23,880 nucleotides of DNA from Candidatus Thorarchaeota archaeon (GTDB lineage Archaea > Asgardarchaeota > Thorarchaeia > Thorarchaeales > Thorarchaeaceae). Below, piece after piece: positions 1 to 7,757 of this stretch. Under the pieces are notes generated by a model. It was not told the origin of the DNA, did not search any database, and saw only the letters and a list, made by a program, of their open reading frames with translations. Each line of letters begins with the position of its first letter. The stretch's first letter is position 1. Where the stretch lies: assembly GCA_020348985.1 (NCBI GenBank), contig CP070761.1, positions 132,351 through 156,230 of the forward strand, in the 5' to 3' direction. The position numbers were made by a program, and so were the translations under genes.

Positions 1-1
1 C

Positions 2-88
2 ATCCTTACAAGGAAAGGTGAGAAGCTAGGTAAGCTTCTGAATTCAATCTCATCCTTCATCGAGAAGGATCTCGGTTGGAAGAGATAG
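2..88 (+). CDS. 3' end of a winged-helix transcriptional regulator (HxlR/MarR-like), truncated by window edge
   Basis: Frame 2 reads ILTRKGEKLGKLLNSISSFIEKDLGWKR*. LTxKGxxL is the typical wing-to-last-helix motif of wHTH proteins. It converges on the flavin reductase gene. Confidence 0.55.
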   Translation: MLTRKGEKLGKLLNSISSFIEKDLGWKR

Positions 89-92
89 ATTC

Positions 93-668
93 TCAACCGT
101 TCTCCTTCAGACGCTTGCCAACGGACCACGCCTGTGCGACTGCTTCGCCCAGATGCCAGTACGTGCCTATTGGGCCGGGACGTGTGAAGACAATAGGGTC
201 CATCTTCTTCGGATCGAGTGCACCATCGGTCATGTATTTCTCTTCGGTGTACAAGCGAAGCACCTCCCCCAAGACAATGACATGATCAGGTAGCTCTACA
301 TACTGCAGCACCGAACACTCCATGCAGACAGGACACTCTTCAATCATCGGTGCGCCTTCTAGCTCGCCATAAAACACCTTGAAAACACTCGATTTGTCAA
401 CATCTCTTCCAGAAACCAGGCCCACGTAGTCGGTCCTCTCGACAAGACCGGTTCCCGGGAAGTTGATGCTGAAGCAGCCGTTTTGTCTAATACCCTCAAG
501 TGTGTAATGCTTTGTATTGATTGATGCTGCGATGATGTTAGGGCTCCTATTCATGCGATTTATCCAAGCGATGTTCATGAAGTTAGGTTTGCCGTCAATG
601 CTTGATCCCACCAGCGCGATAGGTTTTGGAAAAGGCGCAATAGCAGGACTGATCTCGACCTTCGACAT
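93..668 (-). CDS. Flavin reductase-like (flavoredoxin-type) FMN-binding protein
   Basis: Motifs PKPIALV, GKPNFMNIAW, HYTLEGI, FSINFP, GLVSGRDVDK, APMIEECPVCMEC, DHVIVLGEV. Start taken at ATG 668 (MSKVEI); the ORF extends to 707. Confidence 0.9.
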   Translation of the reverse strand: MSKVEISPAIAPFPKPIALVGSSIDGKPNFMNIAWINRMNRSPNIIAASINTKHYTLEGIRQNGCFSINFPGTGLVERTDYVGLVSGRDVDKSSVFKVFYGELEGAPMIEECPVCMECSVLQYVELPDHVIVLGEVLRLYTEEKYMTDGALDPKKMDPIVFTRPGPIGTYWHLGEAVAQAWSVGKRLKENG

Positions 669-743
669 GGCTGGACGGCGCCGGTTCATTCTGATATAAG
701 CACCCATCTCTACGCAACGTGTAGGTTTCTCTTTCGGTTCAAG

Positions 744-1058
744 TCACTCGATCTTTCTTTCTCCTTCTCTGCGAAGCTCGAAGACCACAACGTTGTGCGG
801 GTCTGGACAGGCCACCAAGGCCTTGTCAGAATCAGGTTCCCAAGGTAGCGCCCCTCCAAACTCCAGAACCGATAGGAAAGGGAGCATCGAGTTGTATGCC
901 CATCTGCATACTTTCTCTTTTTCCTCAGGAATCGTCAGGTCAAACTCGTCTCCCATTTTGTATAATCCACAGGGAGTCTTACCAAGCTCAGCTCGAAGCT
1001 CTGCCACTCGTGCAACAATACGATACGCATCAGCCATCAGTATCATCGGGATTCTCAA
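744..1058 (-). CDS. TIGR04076-like small Cys-motif protein (copy 1)
   Basis: Pattern C..YKMGDEF ... VCRWAYNSMLP ... GGALPW ... ACPDPHNVVVFELRR. The true start may be the MADAY ATG near 1037. Confidence 0.75.
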   Translation of the reverse strand: MRIPMILMADAYRIVARVAELRAELGKTPCGLYKMGDEFDLTIPEEKEKVCRWAYNSMLPFLSVLEFGGALPWEPDSDKALVACPDPHNVVVFELRREGERKIE

Positions 1059-1286
1059 GCATTCTCACATATGAAGTAGACTGTATACTGCTTGTAAGAA
1101 GAAAGAGAGTATCAAGCGGATCGAAGCAGCTCTAGTCCGCCTCTGTCAACTCCGTCAGACAATCCTAGCGCCGCCTTCGGGCATTGTAGACTCCAAAATA
1201 AGAGTGTGAATGATAGTAGAACGAAGATGCTCCTCAAGGGTCTCCCTTCAGACTTATCTGAGGGCTCGATTTGTACAGCTGTCGTC

Positions 1287-1526
1287 TCACTCTGCATTCT
1301 TGAGCAACTCCTTGATGTCGTGTTCAGTCAGATCCATTCTCAATACTCCATTAGTGCCCTCTATTTCAAGCATCATGCGCTCAACAATCGTTACGCGTTG
1401 GATTTCGCCCAGAACTCCTTCAATCACAACTTCAGGGTCTTGTTCACTTGATATCTCAAGACGTCGAATGTGATCAAAGGACGCAAGCTCCAATGAAAGG
1501 GCGTGGTCATTCGTAAGTGTGTTCAT
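1287..1526 (-). CDS. Small conserved archaeal hypothetical protein (79 aa)
   Basis: MNTLTNDHALSLELASFDHIRRLEIS...VIEGVLGEI...MLEIEGTNGVLRMDLTEHDI is a compact beta-rich protein. The longer ORF (to 1643) overlaps the divergent gene and is probably over-extended. Confidence 0.7.
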   Translation of the reverse strand: MNTLTNDHALSLELASFDHIRRLEISSEQDPEVVIEGVLGEIQRVTIVERMMLEIEGTNGVLRMDLTEHDIKELLKNAE

Positions 1527-1641
1527 TATTGTATCACGGAGCATGTCAGCACCTGGAAGGACAATATAGTCTCCTAAGGCTGGATATTGAGATTTCATGA
1601 CCAAGTATGAATTATTAGGAGGAAGGGATGGTGATTCGAGC

Positions 1642-2397
1642 ATGGAACGCCTGTCAGAGCTGTTGTTTGAGCTCTCTAATGAGGATAGATTGCGAATACT
1701 TACGGAACTGGAAGAGTCTCCAGCAAAGCTAACTCATATCTCTCAGAAACTTGACTTGACAGTCCAAGAGACCTCGAGACACCTCGCAAGGATGACCAAG
1801 GCTGGTCTGATTGGCAAGACCTCCAAGGGCCAATACCAATCAACTTCGTACGGAACTCAAATCATAGAATTGCTTCCAAGCTTTGAATTCCTTTCTTCGA
1901 ATAGAGAGTATTTCACGGGGCATTCAGTGTCAGGACTTCCTAGGCGTTTCATAGGACGATTAGGAGAATTGGCTCAAAGCATCTTCGCTGATAATGCAGT
2001 TGTCTTGTTTCAGCAGGTTGATAGTCTTGTATCTCAAGCAGAGAAGTTTGTCTGGATCCAGTCGGATCAGGCACTCGCAAGTACGCTTCCTTTGATGGTG
2101 GGAGCGATGGAAAGGGGAGCGACCATAAGAACACTCTTGCCCCCAGATTTGGGACCGCCTAACATTCCAGGCGAGATGATACCAGACTTTTCATCCTATA
2201 GATCGGGTCAGATGGAGAATCGTCACCTAGAGAGTATAGACGTCTTGACTATCCTCTCCGAAAAGAGTGCAGTGGTTGCATTCCCAAACCTCGAGGGAAG
2301 AATGGACTATCTAGGATTCTCAATCAATGACGAGATGGGCCTTGATTGGTGCAAGGACCTCTTCCTTCATTTCTGGGAACAAGGTGTCCCTATATGA
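1642..2397 (+). CDS. ArsR-type wHTH regulator with C-terminal DUF1724/FilR1-like domain (copy 1)
   Basis: LSNEDRLRILTEL...ISQKLDLTVQETSRHLARMTKAGLI...YQSTSYG, then YFTGHSVSGLP and SEKSAVVAFP..GRMDY...WCKDLFLHFW. An SD-like GGTGA lies before ATG 1642. Confidence 0.85.
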   Translation: MERLSELLFELSNEDRLRILTELEESPAKLTHISQKLDLTVQETSRHLARMTKAGLIGKTSKGQYQSTSYGTQIIELLPSFEFLSSNREYFTGHSVSGLPRRFIGRLGELAQSIFADNAVVLFQQVDSLVSQAEKFVWIQSDQALASTLPLMVGAMERGATIRTLLPPDLGPPNIPGEMIPDFSSYRSGQMENRHLESIDVLTILSEKSAVVAFPNLEGRMDYLGFSINDEMGLDWCKDLFLHFWEQGVPI

Positions 2398-2550
2398 TCT
2401 AGTCAATCAACCTTGTACTGGCAATCATCATTCTGGGATCAGCTATTGCTTTGACCGCTGGAACTCAGAGAGTTCTGATTGACAGGAGTCAGAAATTGAG
2501 GCGTAGCTTTTTCTACATACTCTCAGAGTTACACATAGTTGTGAAAGTGA

Positions 2551-3411
2551 ATGCCAGAAATAAGAATACAACTGCCAAAAGAGAATTACTCACCTGGAGA
2601 GTCTGTTGAGGGATATGTTGTAGTCAGCTCTGACGATTACTTCGAGTGTAATGCAATACATCTTACTCTGAAAGGAGTGGAGAGTTCGAAAGTTGTGGTA
2701 AGCCACGGTAAATACTCAACTGTCTATGCTGAACAGAATGATTTTCTAGATGAACGGGTGGAATTCCCAGTTGCATCAGGCGTCCAAGCCGGAGATACTC
2801 GCCATGAGTTTAGTTTCGACTTGCCAAAGGACGTTCCGAACAGCTACAAGGGAATGCACGGTGTAATAGAATACTATCTCGTCGCTCAAATCGAACGCAC
2901 AATGAGACGCGACCCGAAAGAGAAGATCCAGTTGGTTGTGAAAGGGTCGTCAGGAGAGTCAGTTACTTCAGAACAGCATTCAGATGGACTCGAAGATGAT
3001 GGGGTTCTCGTGCTGAGAGGGAGCGTCGATGATGATGTCATAAACCGAGGCGATGACTTCACACTCAGCTTTATGCTGAGTGGTGATCCGAATATTCGGG
3101 GAGTGAGGGCCGAAATCATATCGAAGGAGCATGTGTCACCTAAGGGTCAAGAAAGGGATTGGCCCGTGGTCTTGATCAAGAGCCAAATGCCAAAGGAAGA
3201 AATCCCAATAGACACGTGGGTGAATGTTACCCTTCAGACCGAAGCAGATTGGCCCTCGCCTTTCCGGACCTCCTTGATACACTACCGCTACTTCCTAAGA
3301 TTGACATTGGATGTACCGTGGCGATTTGATAAGCATCTGGAGATTCCTCTCAAGATCATGCCAAATGTCGGCATACACGACGACCTAGGTGGATCGGGCT
3401 TCACCTTCTAG
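2551..3411 (+). CDS. Arrestin-fold (arrestin_N + arrestin_C-like; Vps26/Spo0M-related) protein
   Basis: N-domain YSPGESVEGYV...IHLTLKGVE...HEFSFDLPKDVPNSYKGMHGVIEYYLVAQIER, and a second homologous sandwich ...PSPFRTSLIHYRYFLRLTLDVPWRFDKHLEIPLKI. Confidence 0.8.
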   Translation: MPEIRIQLPKENYSPGESVEGYVVVSSDDYFECNAIHLTLKGVESSKVVVSHGKYSTVYAEQNDFLDERVEFPVASGVQAGDTRHEFSFDLPKDVPNSYKGMHGVIEYYLVAQIERTMRRDPKEKIQLVVKGSSGESVTSEQHSDGLEDDGVLVLRGSVDDDVINRGDDFTLSFMLSGDPNIRGVRAEIISKEHVSPKGQERDWPVVLIKSQMPKEEIPIDTWVNVTLQTEADWPSPFRTSLIHYRYFLRLTLDVPWRFDKHLEIPLKIMPNVGIHDDLGGSGFTF

Positions 3412-3458
3412 CTGCCGGACTCAACAGCTGAACTTAACCGTGAACGATAAGAAAGGAC

Positions 3459-3479
3459 AGGGGGCTGCTACTGCCCCCT
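3459..3479 (-). terminator. GC-rich hairpin at the end of the surface-protein gene, between convergent genes
   Basis: AGGGGGC-tgctact-GCCCCCT, followed on the minus strand by pyrimidine-rich GTCCTTTCTTAT. Confidence 0.55.
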
Positions 3480-5280
3480 AGCGTGCTTGTCGAACTCGAC
3501 CGACTCGAATGCATACTGCGGCAATAGCAACAATGCCAATGCCACCAAGCGCAATGGATGCCCACGTGATATTCCATATGAACTCGCCAACAATCCCAGG
3601 ACCCTTCATAGGAAAGACCGAGAAGACTGGATCATGTGTTATTGAGTATCCGTCCCAATTGCCGTAGCAAGAGCTGTAGTAGAAGAACTGGTAGGTCCAG
3701 ATACCCACATCATAGGCAAGTTCCGCAGTCGGAACGGCATCCAAATAGAAGCCAGTATAGAACAGTCCTGGCATTATTGCAGTCCCAACGTCATAGGTTC
3801 CTCCGTCTCTACCCCAGACGTATGTTCCACCGAACTCGATGGTCGTTCTGGTAGTGTCCTGCTCTGAAAAGCGAAGAGCTCCACCCGGACTGACCTCAGC
3901 TACGGGAGCGGCCGTATCAATCATCGTGCCGTCGTCAGTTTCTGCAACAATCGTGTAGCTCGAGAACCAGCTCATGTAGTTGAAAGAAAGACTCAGACCG
4001 TCAGCCTCTTCCAAGATAGCCCCAGTGTCTGGATTTCGGAAATCGCCAATGTGTTGGTCAATCTTCAGAACTGCCGCTTCATTGGTCACTTCAAACCTGT
4101 AGACCATCTCAAGTCTATCAACATTCACAGGAATCGACTCTGGTCCTTCTTCTATCACAGCTGGGTCGCAAGTATCACAACCGCCGTACCAGACAATTGG
4201 TGCATACTCCAAGAGCTCTCCCTCAATGTCGACAACCTCTGCACCCCACTCAATCTGGCCTTGCGCATTGATGTAAGGCGTGACAATCTCGCCGACAGTC
4301 CCTGAATTGGGATAGAACTCGTACATATACTCCGAAGCTGTGCTGTTCATTTCGTACATTACCCAGTCTACAATGCTGTCGTTATCCCAGTCGTACTCTA
4401 TTTCATCGTAGACTATGTCCATGATTCCGTCTTCGTCATAGTCATCGAAAATGCTCATTCCCGAGTAGTAGTGATTCATCCACATAGATTCGTTGCCTTC
4501 GAGAAACATCTCATTGACATCATAACCATATCCGGAATACTCCCAATCATAGTCATACTCGTAGGATTCGTTCATGAACGAGACCCACTCGTATTCTTCG
4601 GCTAGAAATGGAATAACCTCGTTGGCGTCAACTTGAGTCTTGTTCTCATCGAACCAAGTATAGTTGGAATGGTGGTAGCCACTCTCATTGAACTCGGTGA
4701 AGTAGAACTGTGAATAGATGAAAACCTCATCACCCGACATCGCTGTAGGCTCAGGCCAAAGGTAAAGGCCCCAGACATAGACGTCCATGGTCTCATCCGG
4801 TAAATCCGTAGAAGGTGCATTTGCCGCAAGCCATGCAACATACGAGGCATCCGGGTCAACCAAGATCGTCACAAGCAAGTTCGTAAAGGCCCACTCGGAC
4901 TGCCATCTGTAGTCGTAGGTCTCCTCAATGTAGTAGATATTGCCAAAGATATCCTCAACAACATAGACCCAACCGTACCACCAATCAGACCCCCCGGTGG
5001 TATTCCCAGGGTCTGGATCGGTCACATTTCCAGGGAGTGGTTCAGGAACGGCATAGCGAAGCGGAACTTGCCCACTATCATATGATCCTGAGTCAATCCA
5101 CCAGTCCCAAGCCACGTAGACTCCAGGAAGCATCTCCGTGAACGGGTCTACAATTTGGGCAGGATTGAGTTCATTGGGCTGAGCGTACGCTGTAGCCTGA
5201 CTGAAGTTCAGTGTCAAGATACTCACTAACAAAACAAGAACCAAGAATCGCGAATTATACGTGCTCATAGAGATCCCCAT
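3478..5280 (-). CDS. Large acidic secreted, C-terminally membrane-anchored cell-surface (glyco)protein
   Basis: Signal peptide (SRFLVLVLLVSILTLNFSQATAYA), D/E/Y/W-rich body, at least 10 N-x-S/T sequons, DxDxDG-like motifs, and a C-terminal TM (WASIALGGIGIVAIAAVCI) with basic tail RVGRVRQAR. Confidence 0.85.
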   Translation of the reverse strand: MGISMSTYNSRFLVLVLLVSILTLNFSQATAYAQPNELNPAQIVDPFTEMLPGVYVAWDWWIDSGSYDSGQVPLRYAVPEPLPGNVTDPDPGNTTGGSDWWYGWVYVVEDIFGNIYYIEETYDYRWQSEWAFTNLLVTILVDPDASYVAWLAANAPSTDLPDETMDVYVWGLYLWPEPTAMSGDEVFIYSQFYFTEFNESGYHHSNYTWFDENKTQVDANEVIPFLAEEYEWVSFMNESYEYDYDWEYSGYGYDVNEMFLEGNESMWMNHYYSGMSIFDDYDEDGIMDIVYDEIEYDWDNDSIVDWVMYEMNSTASEYMYEFYPNSGTVGEIVTPYINAQGQIEWGAEVVDIEGELLEYAPIVWYGGCDTCDPAVIEEGPESIPVNVDRLEMVYRFEVTNEAAVLKIDQHIGDFRNPDTGAILEEADGLSLSFNYMSWFSSYTIVAETDDGTMIDTAAPVAEVSPGGALRFSEQDTTRTTIEFGGTYVWGRDGGTYDVGTAIMPGLFYTGFYLDAVPTAELAYDVGIWTYQFFYYSSCYGNWDGYSITHDPVFSVFPMKGPGIVGEFIWNITWASIALGGIGIVAIAAVCIRVGRVRQAR

Positions 5281-5311
5281 ATCGAAGTAAATCTAGACAA
5301 AGCTTAGCACA

Positions 5312-5343
5312 AAGTATATAGAGTGTTTCCGGTGAACCGTTCA
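5312..5343 (-). promoter_or_regulatory. Putative TATA box and upstream palindrome for the surface-protein gene
   Basis: Minus-strand TATATACTT (5320-5312) lies about 35 nt before the ATG. The inverted repeat TGAAC-C-GTTCA (5333-5343) is just upstream of it. Confidence 0.5.
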
Positions 5344-5431
5344 ATAGGGGTGTCAGAAAAGCGGCCATAAGTCCCAATCTGCTCCGAAAAGGGGGGATAG
5401 CGTTCAGAATCGTTCCAAAGACGTGGTAATG

Positions 5432-5926
5432 CTATCTAGGTACACTCTTCTTCAGGATTACAGTCTTGGTGCGACCGCTCTCTTCCCTTGCAATTAGACT
5501 CTTCCTCTCTAGCGCACTCAGTGAGACACTCAATGTAGACTTGCTAATTCCCGTCACACGCCTAAGCTCATCCTGTGACATATGCCCGCCACTTTCCTCA
5601 AGCCTGTTCAGAATCCTTCGTTCGACATTAGTCAGCGTAACAACAATGACTCGGTCTTCGGCAGGAGATTCGCCTTCCTCATCCGGAATGACCATACGCT
5701 CCTCGAGATCAGTGATTCTTCTCTGCAATCTGAAGAGAATCAAGACGAATACATTGACAACTAGGACTAATGAAACAACGAGGGCTATCGTCGCTGCCAG
5801 AATGACAACTTCGCGGGCGATTGGCATTGCCGCAAGCCAGATCCAAACAGATCCTAGGAGAACGAACACGGCAACAGCTACCAGTAATGCATCAACTCTC
5901 GTGCCCCAGTGCCGCTCTGTACTCAA
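5432..5926 (-). CDS. Membrane-anchored (2 TM + short coiled coil) winged-helix transcriptional regulator
   Basis: Two hydrophobic helices, then LQRRITDLEER, then LTNVERRILNRLEESGGHMSQDELRRVTGISKSTLSVSLSALERKSLIAREESGRTKTVIL. The probable start is TTG 5926, which avoids overlap with DinB. Confidence 0.85.
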   Translation of the reverse strand: MSTERHWGTRVDALLVAVAVFVLLGSVWIWLAAMPIAREVVILAATIALVVSLVLVVNVFVLILFRLQRRITDLEERMVIPDEEGESPAEDRVIVVTLTNVERRILNRLEESGGHMSQDELRRVTGISKSTLSVSLSALERKSLIAREESGRTKTVILKKSVPR

Positions 5927-5966
5927 TCGTTCATCGCCATCCACGTGCCTTTGAAGCTTTGGTCTA

Positions 5967-6464
5967 TTACTTCGGACGGCTCTCTGCCATCCAGCTGTTC
6001 TTGAGAGCCGCCAAATGCCCAGTGTGGTAGTTGAGATGCGTGAACATTGTGGCAACTATCTCACGGACCGACCTGCCAAGGAAGAACTTCGGCACTCTCT
6101 CACCTTCGATTATTCTATCGAATTCTTGGGCATCCGCGTTCTCAGTCCATTGAAGGAACTCTCTCTCGGTCGTGTCAAAGAATTCGAGGATTTCTTCGAG
6201 AGGTGTTTCCAACCATTCGCCTGATGTGCCTGGACGATAGTTATTGAACATCTCGGAGTGTTTAGGACCCTCTCCTCTTATCAGGAAATTGAGCGAGAAA
6301 TCATAGACAGCTCCCTGATGAGCTAGTAGCCACCCCATTGACGACATTCCAGAGCTTGGACGATAGGACAGTTGGCATCCAAGTTTTGTAAGCTCGTTTA
6401 GCTCCATGTCACGCCATTCACGCATGCATTTCGCGGCACTTCGGATGTATTTCAGGTCGTCCAT
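5967..6464 (-). CDS. DinB/YfiT-like superfamily protein
   Basis: Motifs SMGWLLAH near the N-terminus and HLNYHTGHL near the C-terminus form the DinB metal-binding His triad. Confidence 0.85.
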   Translation of the reverse strand: MDDLKYIRSAAKCMREWRDMELNELTKLGCQLSYRPSSGMSSMGWLLAHQGAVYDFSLNFLIRGEGPKHSEMFNNYRPGTSGEWLETPLEEILEFFDTTEREFLQWTENADAQEFDRIIEGERVPKFFLGRSVREIVATMFTHLNYHTGHLAALKNSWMAESRPK

Positions 6465-6662
6465 GCGAATGAACCCAGAGAGCCTGTGGTCAGAGTGCTA
6501 TTGTATCTGTCGGACAGGTAATCATTCCTTGTTTGAGATTTGGAATTGCTCGAAAGGATAAATCGTGGAGGCAGGAAAAGAGGCAAACAGGAAGTGCTTA
6601 AAGGTCGACATTTGGAACCACGGGTGGCCCAATGACTAGCTACTACGGAGGAGTGTACCAGA

Positions 6663-7691
6663 ATGCTGAAGGAGATCTTTGTGATTAGCGAAGGACTCCT
6701 CCTGCTTCATTATAGTAGCGACAGGTCAAGAAGCGAAGACGACCAGGCAATCATGTCTTCTGGTCTCCTTACTGCTATCCGGGATTTCAGCACCCATACA
6801 AGGTCCGACGTTCTCGAATCTTTCTCGACAGAAAACGAGTACTTCATCTTCGCGCCAGACTCTGAAGGGAAGAGGGTTGTCGTCGGTGTCTTTGATCGAA
6901 GAGCTCAGGTTCCGATAGCACGAAAGGCCCTTGAGAAAACGATAGATCTGCTTGCACAGATTGACATGCCCTTGGACCAAGGTCGGCAGCTAAGCCCTGA
7001 AGTGAAGGAAAGATTTCGAGCACAGGTAGAACAGACAAGTCAGCAGCTGTTTGGGACTGAACAGATTGTCTCCTTTGTAGACGAGCTGCTATCCAAACGG
7101 TCCGACATACCGTTGGCTTTTGTAGTAGACGTTGAGGAGAGAAAAGCAATCGCTAAGTTCGCAAGACCACGCCCTCTGTTCAAGGACTCTCATGTGAACG
7201 AGTTTCTACTAATGCATTCAACTCTATGCCGCACAATCTCGAATCTCGGAATTGGTGACTCCTACGTTTATTTCACTCTGAGCTCTCCAGAGTACACAGT
7301 TGCGGCATGCTGGAGCGGCAATATCCTGAGCGTTGCTAGCGGTGCGATGAGAACAAGAGAGGGAAATGTCCTCGGTGCCGCAGTGAATCTTTGTTACCAT
7401 GATTCAGTTGATTCTCTCGCAGAGATTTCTGACGAGCTAAGTCTTTCCAGCCGCCTTTTGATGAAGAAGAGTGGTGATATCAAACATCTAGAGGGAGAGG
7501 ATATCGCGCTCCTTGGTGAAATTGCGTTGTCGACTCTTGTCAAGAATCTAGATGGTTTCTTCAAAGCTCTGAACCGTAGGACGTTCACCGCTTTTGATGT
7601 TGTTACTAGTTCCAAACCGTCAAAGAGATTGAGGTTGCAGAGAGAAAGCAGTGGTGACATTGAGGCCAGCATTCTCTCACACGTACAGTAG
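6663..7691 (+). CDS. Longin-like + roadblock/LC7-like multi-domain protein (putative small-GTPase regulator)
   Basis: The N-terminal domain has the longin signature EIFVISEGLLL...D..IMSSGLLTAIRDFS. The middle domain has roadblock topology (LAFVVD...LGIGDSYVYFTL...ILSVA...EGNV). The C-terminal domain is a degenerate third unit. SD GGAGGAG at 6647-6653. Confidence 0.65.
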   Translation: MLKEIFVISEGLLLLHYSSDRSRSEDDQAIMSSGLLTAIRDFSTHTRSDVLESFSTENEYFIFAPDSEGKRVVVGVFDRRAQVPIARKALEKTIDLLAQIDMPLDQGRQLSPEVKERFRAQVEQTSQQLFGTEQIVSFVDELLSKRSDIPLAFVVDVEERKAIAKFARPRPLFKDSHVNEFLLMHSTLCRTISNLGIGDSYVYFTLSSPEYTVAACWSGNILSVASGAMRTREGNVLGAAVNLCYHDSVDSLAEISDELSLSSRLLMKKSGDIKHLEGEDIALLGEIALSTLVKNLDGFFKALNRRTFTAFDVVTSSKPSKRLRLQRESSGDIEASILSHVQ

Positions 7692-7757
7692 AGACATGGA
7701 AACTAATTTTAGGTCAAGAACTAGTCATCGTTTCCAGTAGACGTGTGGTCGTCAGTG

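Noticed and set aside
1112-1297. 61-aa ORF with a hydrophobic stretch (minus strand)
   Set aside because: It has no recognisable motif and overlaps the upstream gene end and the hairpin region. It cannot be supported, though it is not strictly excluded.
5927-6055. N-terminal extension of the membrane HTH regulator given by the ORF track
   Set aside because: It overlaps the DinB gene in another frame and looks non-protein-like. TTG 5926 is the more plausible start.
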